Shown piece by piece: positions 13,637 to 24,638 of a stretch of DNA of 64,000 nt. Position numbers and translations under genes: made by a program. Origin of the DNA: Nemertoderma westbladi (lineage: Eukaryota; Animalia; Xenacoelomorpha); the NCBI GenBank assembly GCA_032718475.1, contig JAUCBJ010001447.1, positions 118,922-182,921 of the forward strand, written 5' to 3'. The number at the start of each line of letters is the position of its first letter. Within the stretch, counting starts at the first letter, position 1. The notes under the pieces were generated by a model. It made no database searches. It was not told the origin of the DNA and saw only the letters and a program-made list of their open reading frames with translations.

Positions 13637-14575
13637 ATTATGATTTTAATTTTTAAAGTGAAATTTTTCGGATATTTAATCTAGATAATCAGTGTAATGG
13701 AGACAACGCCAAAGAATTTTAAATCCAGAAATTATTGTTAAATTTATATACAGGTTCAAATAATTACATGAAAAACTTTATGTTTTCAAAGAGAGTAAGT
13801 CGCAAAGGATTAATGTAGAGTTACAAGGTATATTTAATAAATATATGAAACTTTCTATGTATATAGACATGTTTGTGTGTTATACACAATAGTGAGTTAA
13901 TTAACAAGATTTCTATACATGTATACCACCAGTACAAAAATATCCTTGTACCAAACTTAAGTTCAACATTCCTTGAAAAAGATTACTCACTCGTATTGTA
14001 ATGCCAAAAATTACTCTAGAAAACAAGTAAAATTAATTAAAAAGAACTTGCCAATGTCTGCCAGATTGTCTGTCAGACTAATATTATTTATTTTGTCTAT
14101 AATTTACTACCTAGCCTACATTAAAATTCCAGCTAACTTTTTTATTTATCTGTACTTTTCTGTATCTTAATTTAGAGTTGCGAATCTACGATACGGCATG
14201 AATAAAGTGAGTAGTGGTACCCAATAATCATAATACAGTACCAGAGAGGCAGGCAGTGGTTAAAATTTTCCTCCAGAATTATAAATCTTTTGGAACAAAT
14301 AAATGAATAAATTAAATAAATAAATAAATAATTATTTGGTTTATAATAAATATCATAAATATATATAAGATAAAAGTTAATATAATACTTCAAAAAGTTA
14401 TACAGAATATAATAATTACGATTTATGTTAGTTTTAGTTTAGCATTTGTATAACATTTTATAACATTTGTATAACATTTTATTGTTAAACAAGTAACATA
14501 TAATAATAATAATAATATTCTTTAACTCAGCCCATGGGTCATAGAGCACATAATTGTTAAAAAGGTACCGGTAAT

Positions 14576-14727
14576 AACTATTTACATACTTGTGTGTAAA
14601 GTATCACTTTACAGTGTGATGATCCGAGTGGCTTTGTTACACGAACGAACGTTAGTGAGTGAGTGAAAATAAAGCCACGAGGATCAGAACACCTGTAAAG
14701 TACATTGCAACAAGTATGTATGTAGTT
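14576..14727. mobile_element. Palindromic MITE-like element
   Basis: Nested inverted arms TACATACTTGT..ACTTTACAG..GATCC..GTGGCTTT / AAAGCCAC..GGATC..CTGTAAAGT..ACAAGTATGTA. Confidence 0.55.
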
Positions 14728-15121
14728 TTATTCCAAACTTTAACATTACGAAATTATTGTACATATACATTATAAGTGATAGAAACTGCACACATTATAA
14801 TACTGTAGTTGCTGTATAAATAAATGTAAAATGACATAAATTATGTTATAAATAAGTTAGACTTATATTTATGGTGGCGTTTGGAGCCATGTTATAATAA
14901 TATAGCTAGGCCCTACTGGTTATTAATAGCTATACCCCTCCTACCGGTAGGTAATGCAGTAGGCCTATCTGGCTGTTACGCAATTCCACTTATTGTTTAC
15001 GTGGTATCCAATGACGGCGTTAATTAATGTCTCTTGTATTCTTGTATTAATTTTACGGTTTATAGCAATTGATAAAAAACCAAGGAGAAACTCATAGAGC
15101 ACACCTATATAAAATGTTAAA

Positions 15122-15649
15122 TGTGACGGGATCTACGGATCCCGGTTTATCCGTTTGGGTTTTCTGCCCACGCGTCCCCGCCGTGTGTGAAAGGTAAAAG
15201 AGTTCTGATGTTGGGTAATATGTATAAAGGTATAATAGTCTGACAGTTGATATAATATAGTATGACACAATAGGTAATATATAATGGCGGTAGCGGACGG
15301 TGACAGAAGTCCCCGTTCCACCCTACTGATCTGACTGAGTAAACTGAATAACTGACCGGTATGATTACTGGTAACTGGTTATATTGCACGGTGGCCTTAT
15401 TGCTACTCAATCGATGCCTTTCCCCCCTCTGATTGGTTGATACCCCTGTTGGCACCCTTTGCCCCCCTCTGAAGTGCTTCCCTTCGCCCTTGCTGTTCTC
15501 TCTCTTGTCAGGGGAGTAACCCCTGACCCTTATTGTGTGTGTCTCCTTTGGGGCCTATTGTCCCCGTTTACTGGGCTGACAATAGGCTCCCAATATTGCT
15601 TTATGGCTCACTCTATGGGTTTGTGTTAGCGGAATTGGATAAGCTAACA
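15122..15649 (-). repeat. 3' LTR of element D (528 bp)
   Basis: Direct repeat of 21700..22228. Confidence 0.95.
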
Positions 15650-16059
15650 CTCCCCCCCATGCTATCTTCCCGGTGAGAAGATAGCATCCAACTCAAGTGC
15701 GCTACAATTCCGCTGGATCCCGATCTATTATCGGGTGTGGGGTGGGTCTATTTTTTCGGAGTCGGCTTTCCAGGCCGCTCCCTATGGGTATGATGTCACT
15801 ACCCTCTGGCGTCTCGTGTCGGGCCGATCGTGCGCTTCTCTCACACAATTTTTGTTTCCCCAACACTCTCACCACTCTACTCCAACTCTCGCATACCCCC
15901 GGACCTCCTCGTCCCACACTCTTCCTCTCACTTCTCCTCCCCCACACTTGAATTGCGCCCACGCTCTCTTCGCACTCCGCACTATTACCTCTCCACTCTC
16001 TTGTCACTCCCTAAGGCTTTAATCTCTAATGCTACCCCTGTGCTATCATACTATCTATC

Positions 16060-17900
16060 TACTGCTTACTAACTCTAACTATCTAACTAACTCTGCTAAC
16101 TACTAACTCTTACTACTTCTAGCTCTAACTGAGAGCCTCTAACTTTCTACTGACTCTAACTCTCTACTAAGTCTAACTAACTCCTACTAACTTTCTACTT
16201 CTACTAACTCTACTTGACTCCTCTGAGTCTACCAACTCTGCTAACTAGCTCTACTAACTCTACTCCACTAGCTCTGCTAACTCTACTCCACTAGCTCTAC
16301 TAACTCTACTCCACTACTCTCTAACTACGTGGCGCTTGCGGTGCCCACAACCACTCTACTATCTGGCACCCTATGTGCCCTTCTACTACTCAACTACCTC
16401 TCTAGCTCTACTACCTGGCACCCTATGTGCCCCCTCTGCTCTACTCTACTACCTGGCACCCTATGTGCCCTCTCTACTACACTACTACCTCTCTAACTTA
16501 CTACCTGGCACCCTATGTGCCCGTCTCTACTCTTCTACTCTCTGGCACCCTATGTGCCCGTCTCTACTCCTCTACATCCCCTTTACGTCTCATCGCCTAC
16601 ACGTGACGCTCTGAGTGCCGGCAGAGTGGGTACGTTAATTATGTGAACTACTACTGACTCTACTAACTCTACTTCTACTCTACTCTCTAATCTTTGTGCC
16701 CGGCACCTCTTGTGCACGGCACCTTCTAACTCTACTAACTCTCTACGTGGCGCTAACGGTGCCCACAACCACAACCGGTACTACGTACCCTCTTACTAAC
16801 TCTACCTCTATCTACGTGGCGCTAACGGTGCCCACAACCACAACCGGTACTACTACGTACCCTCTTACTAACCTCTAACTCCCACTAACTCTAATTAACA
16901 TACCCTGCTCTTACATCACACACATCATCACGCCCGTGCCCCACTAAGTTCAGCGCATTCCCTACTAACTCTAACTACGTGGCGCTTACGGTGCCCACAA
17001 CCCTCTACTGCTACTACTAACACTCCTAACTAGCGGTACTACGTACCCTCTTACTACTCTAGCTCTCTCTACTAGCTAGCGGTACAACGTACCCTCTTAC
17101 TCTTACTAACTCTCTAACGGTACTACGTACCCCTTAACTCCTACTCTCTAACGGTACTGCGTACCCTCTAACTCTTACTCTAACTCCACTAACTAACGGT
17201 ACTACGTACCCTCTAACTCTTACTCTCTAATCGGTACTTACGTACCCTCTAACTCCTACTCTCTAACGGTACTACGTACCCTCTAACTCTCTAACTATCG
17301 GTACTACGTACCTCCTAACTCTAACTAACTCTAGGTACTACGTACCCTCTAACTCTAACTCTAACTAGCGGTACTACGTACCCTACTAACTCTAACTCTA
17401 CTACGGTACTACGTACCCTCTAACTCTAACTCTAACTAGGTACTACGTACCTACTGACTCTCTCTAACTACGGTACTACGTACCTCTACTCTACTCTCTA
17501 ACTCGGTACTACGTACCCTCTAACTCTAACTAACTAGGTACTACGTACCCTCTAACTCTCTAACTATCGGTACTACGTACCTACTAACTCTCTAACTCTA
17601 GGTACTACGTACCTACTAACTCTAACTCTGACTAGGTACTACGTACCTACTAACTCTAACTAACTCTAGGTACTACGTACCTACTAACTCTAACTCTGAT
17701 TAGGTACTACGTACCTACTAACTCTAACTAACTCTAGGTACTACGTACCTACTAACTCTCTAACTCTAGGTACTACGTACCTACTAACTCTAACTCTGAC
17801 TTAGGTACTACGTACCTACTAACTCTCTAACTAGCGGTACTTACGTACCCTCTTTAACTAACTAACTAACTGACTCTAACTACCTAACTTCTACCTACTC
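16060..17900 (-). repeat. Low-complexity array of mini-palindromes inside D
   Basis: About 25 GGTAC-TAC-GTACC units and about 5 GGCAC-CCTAT-GTGCC units separated by CTCTAACT-type linkers. Confidence 0.9.
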
Positions 17901-17925
17901 TATTATTTAATTATTTCTTATTTAA

Positions 17926-19710
17926 TTAAATAATTATTTTATATTTTGTGCGTGGGAAGGGCGTCTCGCCCTCATTCCCACCCCCCTCAGTCCAAAACTT
18001 TGGACGACTAAAAACTCTCACGTGCCCCTTCTTCCGGTAGGCACTCTCCTGCTGCCCTCCTATACGTCCTCTAACTCTTCGCCACACTCTCTTCGGTGCT
18101 ACCTTTGCTGGCCTCCCCCTTCGTATGTGCGCTGGCATTAGAGCCCTCGACGACCCCCGCTCGTCCCTCGGTATACGCGGTGTCTGCCCATGTAATGCCC
18201 CCTCGCACTGTGTCCGTCCTGCGTGTGTATGCAACACGCCTCCTTCTACTTTCCCGACTCCCTTATGTTTGCTAATGGGCTTCTCTGCCCCTGGTTTAGT
18301 CCTTTCACATCCTCTCCCTTTCCAACACTCTCCGGATCTGTGTCCTTTTACCACACATCGATGACATAGTCCGTTTGCGTCTGTGTAGGCTACACGATCT
18401 CGTTTGGGCAACGCTTGCCAGTACTTGCAACTCCTGGTCTTATGGGTTCCGTCCCGATGTAATTGACATTGGAATCCTGGATTATAGCGTTTCCTGTATA
18501 GTCCTTCACGTATCGCGCTTAGGTTTATATGTACCGATTTAATGTTTTGGTTGTCTAGACTCGGCCTACTGGGTATATTGGGATTGTGTTTATTTTTGGT
18601 GTTATTTTCTTTCTGTCCCTGCCACGGTGTGGCCCTACTACCAGCTAACTGTGGACTGGTAGTCCCCTGTATGGCCGCGTGTGGTGGTGACTGTCCGCAC
18701 GACCTGTTCTCGTCCAGGGAGTTCGATGTTCTCGCTCCTATCGGGGTATATTGTCGATATTGTGATGGGGGAATGTCACCCTGTCCCCCCCCAGCCGGTA
18801 TGTTTGGTACTGGGGTTGATGTTAATACATTGGGGCCCATACGTCTATCTCCAATAACTCCCCCCTCCCCTGGATATATGTTATGTCCCTGTGTATTATA
18901 GTCATGCTGCTGTACCGATATAGGCCTACCTACCTCTCGCCTACCTACCGGTATGTACTCCGCGACTTCCGGGTTTAATCCCGTCGTTCGCGCTACCCCA
19001 TCGCCTACTCTATCTCTCCCAGCATGGCCTATAATAGTATGTGCAGTAAGGCCTACAGTATGTCCTGCAGTCTGCATGTGCCCTTCCGAACCGAAGTTTA
19101 TTCTTCGCGAATCTCGAATCTCCCCGCGACTACCGCACTCTCGATCGGCAGCTATATCCCGTCGGGAAGCTTCTCTTCGATCCCCTCTCCTGTTCTCGAC
19201 TCTGTATTGGTACGTCCTGTACCCCTCTCTTGGCGTGCGGTGCGTTTCTCCGGGGCGACGGCAATCTCCCGAAGTTCGACCCCACTGGCTCCCTGACTCC
19301 ATCTCTACTATCGACGGTCCGTTATCCGTCCTCGCACTCCTATCGTTCGTGGCGACACTTCTTCTACTATCTTCTCTTCTTCTCTTTTCTGTGTAGTATT
19401 CCGGCTCGTGAGATCTCTCGTCGACCTCCCGGTTAAACTCCACTGTTCTTCTTCTCTCTTCTGGTCGGGCTCGACGCTTCGCCTGCCCTCTCGCGACGTC
19501 AACCTGCCTCTCTCTGCTCGATCGCACGCCGCTGGGGATACTCGCAATCCCCCTATTACTCTCCGTCGCCGGGTGTTGCGGTTTACCTAGCTCGGCCCGC
19601 GCATTATCCGCTGACGGCTGTGGGACACTCTCTGCCCCCCCTCTCTCTCTACTAATCTCTCGCGGTGGGGTGCCCGTAGCCCCCCCCCCACCCGCCACTT
19701 CTAACTTCAC
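17926..19710 (-). CDS. Gag-like ORF of D with BEL-type zinc knuckles
   Basis: CQLHRDGTHKTRSC..GLCHRCVVKGHRSGEC pattern typical of the BEL gag C-terminus; overlaps ORF 19652..20095, suggesting a frameshifted continuation. Confidence 0.65.
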   Translation of the reverse strand: MKLEVAGGGGATGTPPREISRERGGAESVPQPSADNARAELGKPQHPATESNRGIASIPSGVRSSRERQVDVARGQAKRRARPEERRRTVEFNREVDERSHEPEYYTEKRRREDSRRSVATNDRSARTDNGPSIVEMESGSQWGRTSGDCRRPGETHRTPREGYRTYQYRVENRRGDRREASRRDIAADRECGSRGEIRDSRRINFGSEGHMQTAGHTVGLTAHTIIGHAGRDRVGDGVARTTGLNPEVAEYIPVGRREVGRPISVQQHDYNTQGHNIYPGEGGVIGDRRMGPNVLTSTPVPNIPAGGGQGDIPPSQYRQYTPIGARTSNSLDENRSCGQSPPHAAIQGTTSPQLAGSRATPWQGQKENNTKNKHNPNIPSRPSLDNQNIKSVHINLSAIREGLYRKRYNPGFQCQLHRDGTHKTRSCKYWQALPKRDRVAYTDANGLCHRCVVKGHRSGECWKGRGCERTKPGAEKPISKHKGVGKVEGGVLHTHAGRTQCEGALHGQTPRIPRDERGSSRALMPAHIRRGRPAKVAPKRVWRRVRGRIGGQQESAYRKKGHVRVFSRPKFWTEGGGNEGETPFPRTKYKIII

Positions 19711-20377
19711 TATTTCTTACTACACTTCTATACCCCTCTTGTGGGGCATTCTCTGCCCCCCCTCTCTCGCCACTAATCTTATGTGGTGGGGCGCCCGTAG
19801 CCCCCCCCCACCCGCCACATCTAACTTCACTATCTCTTACTTCGTCTCTACACCCCTCTCTAGTCGACGCACTGTCTCTACTACGGCTGGGTCTATTCAC
19901 CCCCGCCTCTCTCTCTACTACTGCGTGGCCCATCAGGCCTACTTCGGGTTGGCTCAACCCCGCTACCTCCTGCCTACCAACTACGTGGCCTACCAGGCCG
20001 CCGTCGGGTTGGCTCAACCCTGCCACCTCCTGCCTACTAACTACGTGGCCTACCAGGCCACCGTCTGCCGGGTTATGTACGTCCGACACGCTCATATTAA
20101 TAGCACCATTCCCAATATTATTTGTTAAATCAATTAAATTATTAGAATTTGAAACGGGATTATTATTTAAATTATTTAAATTACTTAGTCACTACTATTC
20201 TCTAAACTTAAATTATTGTTCGAATTGATTTTGCTGAGTTTGAATTGAACGTTATTATTTAGAGTATTTGATAAGTTTAAATTACTACTACCAGGTAAAA
20301 TATTATTCGCTGCAATAAAGGGATTAGGGTTATTTACTACGGTACTATTAATATTAACTACTTCTAACGTACTACTA

Positions 20378-21610
20378 CTACCCCCCCCCGCCCGTACGGC
20401 TACACCAGTTCTGGTTTTCTCGCTCGGTGCTTGTAAGTGGGGGCTCCCTCTCTGATATTTTCAACCGCGACAGTTCTAGTCGGCGCTGTTTTAGTTTGGC
20501 CCGATATTGCACAAACTTCCCTATCCGGGCACACAAATCATCCCGCTCACGCTCACCCTCTATTTCTCTCTCTCTGCACTCTCGTATGTTTCGCTCGGCC
20601 GTCTCTCTCGCAAGCATCTCAGATCGACTCGCCGCCCAATCTCTACGCTCCTCGGCTCCCTTTCTATCCTCCCTTGCCTGCTCTAAAGATGCGATTTTAT
20701 CCCTCAGTCGCCACTCTAACTGTCTCTGCTCCCACGCCGCCTCATCTATTTTAAACATCAGTTTTACCTTCCACACCCCTCTTTCTTTTGCGGAGGATGT
20801 AGCAGACTTATCGGTTGCGACGGACTCCCGTCGCCCCTCCGTCCTACTAACTTTCCCCCGCTTCCCGGAACTTCCTCCGACCGACGAGACCGAATCCTCG
20901 GAATTAACCTCGGATTCGCCCTCCCCAGGTCTCTTCCAACCCACTAACCTAAATTCCCTGGCATCGACTAAGTATGGCCCTATGTACACTACACCAGGCC
21001 CCATACCCCTACGTTGCCATAGCCAAAACAGTTCGAAGGCAACCCCTCTCGCTCTCTCCCTGGCCAGTTCTCCCTGCCCAGAACGCACTAGGTGATCAAA
21101 GTATCTGTTCGACTCACCTAGTCGTCTCCTCAGTCTCACCTCGTCTATCTTCGCCCCTCCTTTGGCCTCTCTCAGTTGCTCCCGGGTCGCGAGGTAGGCC
21201 CGTCGAAGTCGATCAGAAACCCCGACGTCCTCGTCGCCGACCTCTCTTCCGTCTCTCCGGGTCCGACGTCGTACCGACGGCCCCACCGTCGCCGTTCCGG
21301 TGGACCGTTCGTCGTCCTCGGCCTGTGGCTGGCCGGTGACATCGGTATGTCGACCCTCGCTCCGCGTCGACTCGTCTTTCTCTTCTCCTCCCTTCTCGTC
21401 TCCTTCCCTCGACTCGCTCTCCGGTTGTAGACGACCCCCCACATCTTGGTTCGCCGGGTTGCTCGTTGTCGACGTGGCGTCAACCTGCGTCGACGTGGTC
21501 GGCGTAGCATCGATCGGCGTCGTGGGTTCGTATCGTCTCGCCGTGGCCTCGCGGATCGTTAGATCGTCGTCCGGGGTCCGCGGCGGTGTCGTTCCTCTAT
21601 CTCGACTCAT
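20378..21610 (-). CDS. First ORF of D, charged coiled-coil protein (probable Gag N-terminal part)
   Basis: 410-aa ATG ORF starting about 90 bp after the 5' LTR; Arg/Glu-rich; no catalytic motif seen. Confidence 0.55.
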   Translation of the reverse strand: MSRDRGTTPPRTPDDDLTIREATARRYEPTTPIDATPTTSTQVDATSTTSNPANQDVGGRLQPESESREGDEKGGEEKDESTRSEGRHTDVTGQPQAEDDERSTGTATVGPSVRRRTRRDGREVGDEDVGVSDRLRRAYLATREQLREAKGGAKIDEVRLRRRLGESNRYFDHLVRSGQGELARERARGVAFELFWLWQRRGMGPGVVYIGPYLVDAREFRLVGWKRPGEGESEVNSEDSVSSVGGSSGKRGKVSRTEGRRESVATDKSATSSAKERGVWKVKLMFKIDEAAWEQRQLEWRLRDKIASLEQAREDRKGAEERRDWAASRSEMLARETAERNIRECREREIEGERERDDLCARIGKFVQYRAKLKQRRLELSRLKISEREPPLTSTERENQNWCSRTGGGG

Positions 21611-21699
21611 CTTCGTCTTTAGTAGCTGGTCATCGCTAGCTAGGACGGTAGCTCTATTCTATCTCTGTCAGGGCAGCTGGGCGGATCTAGTTCTGTCAC

Positions 21700-22228
21700 T
21701 GTGACGGGATCTACGGATCCCGGTTTATCCGTTTGGGTTTTCTGCCCACGCGTCCCCGCCGTGTGTGAAAGGTAAAAGAGTTCTGATGTTGGGTAATATG
21801 TATAAAGGTATAATAGTCTGACAGTTGATATAATATAGTATGACACAATAGGTAATATATAATGGCGGTAGCGGACGGTGACAGAAGTCCCCGTTCCACC
21901 CTACTGATCTGACTGAGTAAACTGAATAACTGACCGGTATGATTACTGGTAACTGGTTATATTGCACGGTGGCCTTATTGCTACTCAATCGATGCCTTTC
22001 CCCCCTCTGATTGGTTGATACCCCTGTTGGCACCCTTTGCCCCCCTCTGAAGTGCTTCCCTTCGCCCTTGCTGTTCTCTCTCTTGTCAGGGGAGTAACCC
22101 CTGACCCTTATTGTGTGTGTCTCCTTTGGGGCCTATTGTCCCCGTTTACTGGGCTGACAATAGGCTCCCAATATTTTCTTTATGGCTCACTCTATGGGTT
22201 TGTGTTAGCGGAATTGGATAAGCTAACA
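21700..22228 (-). repeat. 5' LTR of element D (529 bp)
   Basis: TGTTAGC...GTCACA; followed directly by GTGACAGAACT, not TGG. Confidence 0.95.
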
Positions 22229-23433
22229 TTAAAGAACATACAAACAAAGATAAATTAAAAACATAAACAAAAAATAAACGAAACGATGAATTAGAAACAA
22301 GTTTACAAAAAAAGCACAATGAATGAAGGATAATATGATTAGTTATGGGACTTAAACAGTCTAGGAATAAATTTTAATGCAATAATGAAATTAATTAGTT
22401 TATATGATGGTAACTAGAGAGCAACGAGCAGTCATGTGATTTAAAACAGTCTAAAAATAATTACTATAAAAGATGAATAATAAAAAAGCACAACGAGCAG
22501 TGAATGAGCAGTCGTGTTATTAAACAGTCTAAAAAAATAAAAATCATATGTTAATAATAGAAATAATTAACAGGATGATGGTAATAATAAAAAGCACGAT
22601 TCAATTATGAGATGGTACAATGTAAGCAATCCGGTGATTTAATTATCAGTAGAGTTTTAAGATTTAAGATAAGAATAGGATAAGAATAAAAATTGTATAT
22701 TGATTATTTTATTTATAGTATTTTGTAATTTTATTAAAAGTAATTAACCCTATTAAACCCGGGGGGGGGGGTCAATATGACCCCCTCCCCCCGTGGTTTT
22801 TTTATTATAATTCTGAAACAAACGCAGTTGGGAATCTGAAATTTTATGACTTTTCCTAAAAATCTATTGTCTTCCTAGTAGTGAAAACCGTTTTCAAAAA
22901 TATTGGGTACTTTTTGAGTTATAGCACCATTTTTTAACCCTACTTTTGGCACTTTTTTTGAGACGTTTTTTGAAAATTACATTTCATTACATATGAATTG
23001 TAACATTTCTATTTTTGATTTACACCGGTTTTTTGGTGTAGAGAAATTGGATGGAATTCATATAAATTGATTTAGAAATTTCAAACTTGTTTTTTTCGGT
23101 GGGTGCCAAATTTTGGTGCCAGCACCAAATTTTGAAATACGTCAATTTTGTAAATTGATTGTTTGAAACTTGTTTTTTACGCAATTGGGGTTTTTTGGGA
23201 TTCTGGATTTGATAAAATATATACGAGTTGCACCAAGCGTATTAAACTTGTATTTTTCGGTGCTGTGTGCAAATTTTGGTGCTAGCACGAAATTTTGAAA
23301 ATCCATTCAATAGATCAAATTGCTTGTGAGAATTTATTTCTTGCGTTTTAGAGGTTTATGGCTGTTCTGAATTCAATGGAATATATAATTATCGAACTAG
23401 ACATCTCAAACTTGTATTTTTCGGATATGGGTG

Positions 23434-24584
23434 TGTAAAAGCTTTTGTGGGATATAACTGGCCCTTTTGCTTCGCAATCCAGTTTCCCTCAATGCGCTCA
23501 AATACTCTAAAGAAAAACTCCCTAACTCAAATGATGCAAGCTACCGGCTGATTGGCTGATTTGCTGTACGTATGGCCTCTTTGTTCTGTTCGATCAACCA
23601 ACCAGAGCAAGGTCAACCAAGCAGAGTGATTCATCCTGTGTGTTGGCTAAGGGCTGCAAAAACCCGAATAGTTCGGCATTTAGACATTCGTGGAATCTGT
23701 GGAATATGGAGCTCTGCCAATGAGAGCTTTTCCTCTTTGTGTTGAAAGCTACCTGCAACAGCTCACAGGGTTCAGTGTGTTGGTTTTTCCAGAGCCTAGA
23801 ACATCGGCTATGGAATTATTCTGAATTATTCCAGCATTAGAACGGCTTTAATTATAAGAACACATAACTGTTACCGGTACGGTACGGTACGGTACCTACT
23901 GCTGTATTGCACATTATTTACTGCTATTTACTGTTTGTTATTAATTGTATCAGTTGTTTACATATTGTTATTTGGAGAATAACGATAAACGATCAGAAAC
24001 CCCGATCTTCTTGATACACTAAGGTTAGAGAGACCGGTTACATATAGCAATTGCGACTTATATTATCGTGGTTTGTAGTGAATTGAATGCTATTTTATAG
24101 GCCCTACAAATGTCAGTTGCTATTTATGATTAAAATCAGTGACTATCGGCAATTCAGTGTGCAGCGGTGTGCAATAGTCTGTATGTGCTTGTCCGCGTAA
24201 CAAAGCATCTCCTAAAGAATGCGCCTTATGTGATTTATAAGCCATCCCGTTGTGTTTAGTGTAAGTCATAGCTCTGTTTATATAGATAGAGCACCACGTC
24301 CTAAAAGAACTGCTAATATTTGCCGAAAGTGAATAATATTTGTCAGAGATTATATATTAACGATCAATCGAATAGTACGGTAGGCCTGCACCGCAATCAA
24401 ATTAAAGCATCCGAATCCAGTCTCCCGGGTATATCCAGCGGGTGAATGGTCGCGCATAGACTGGCTTCGGCTAATGTTGGATTTATTTGTCTCAAATACT
24501 TGTCATAGGCTAAAGTCAATTTATAACCTAGAAGACATATAAATTTGGCAGGTTAAACTGCCAAAGGTCTTAAAAGCGCGAACA
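23434..24584 (+). repeat. 5' LTR of element B (1151 bp)
   Basis: Direct repeat of 50283..51442. Confidence 0.95.
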
Positions 24585-24595
24585 GTAACAGTTAT
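24585..24595 (+). promoter_or_regulatory. Primer-binding position of B (GTAACAGTTAT), self-complementary type
   Basis: Exact complement ATAACTGTTAC at 23864..23874 (and 50713..50723). Confidence 0.8.
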
Positions 24596-24638
24596 TATTC
24601 TGATTGCAGTGTAGGCAATAAATACAGTTTACTATTGT

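Larger units (their letters stand above)
15122..22228 (-). mobile_element. Non-autonomous BEL-related LTR element D (gag-like ORFs only, no pol)
   Basis: Near-identical LTRs 15122..15649 and 21700..22228 (TG...CA), 5-bp TSD TTAAA (15117..15121 / 22229..22233), PPT GGGGGGGAG abutting the 3' LTR. Confidence 0.93.

Noticed and set aside
16770-17860. CRISPR-like look of palindromic repeats with variable spacers
   Set aside because: Repeats are only 13 bp, spacers are low-complexity variants of each other, there are no cas genes, and the context is a eukaryotic LTR element
20096-20377. Intron joining the two D ORFs
   Set aside because: AT-rich gap, but no convincing acceptor AG near the downstream ORF; cannot be supported without RNA data
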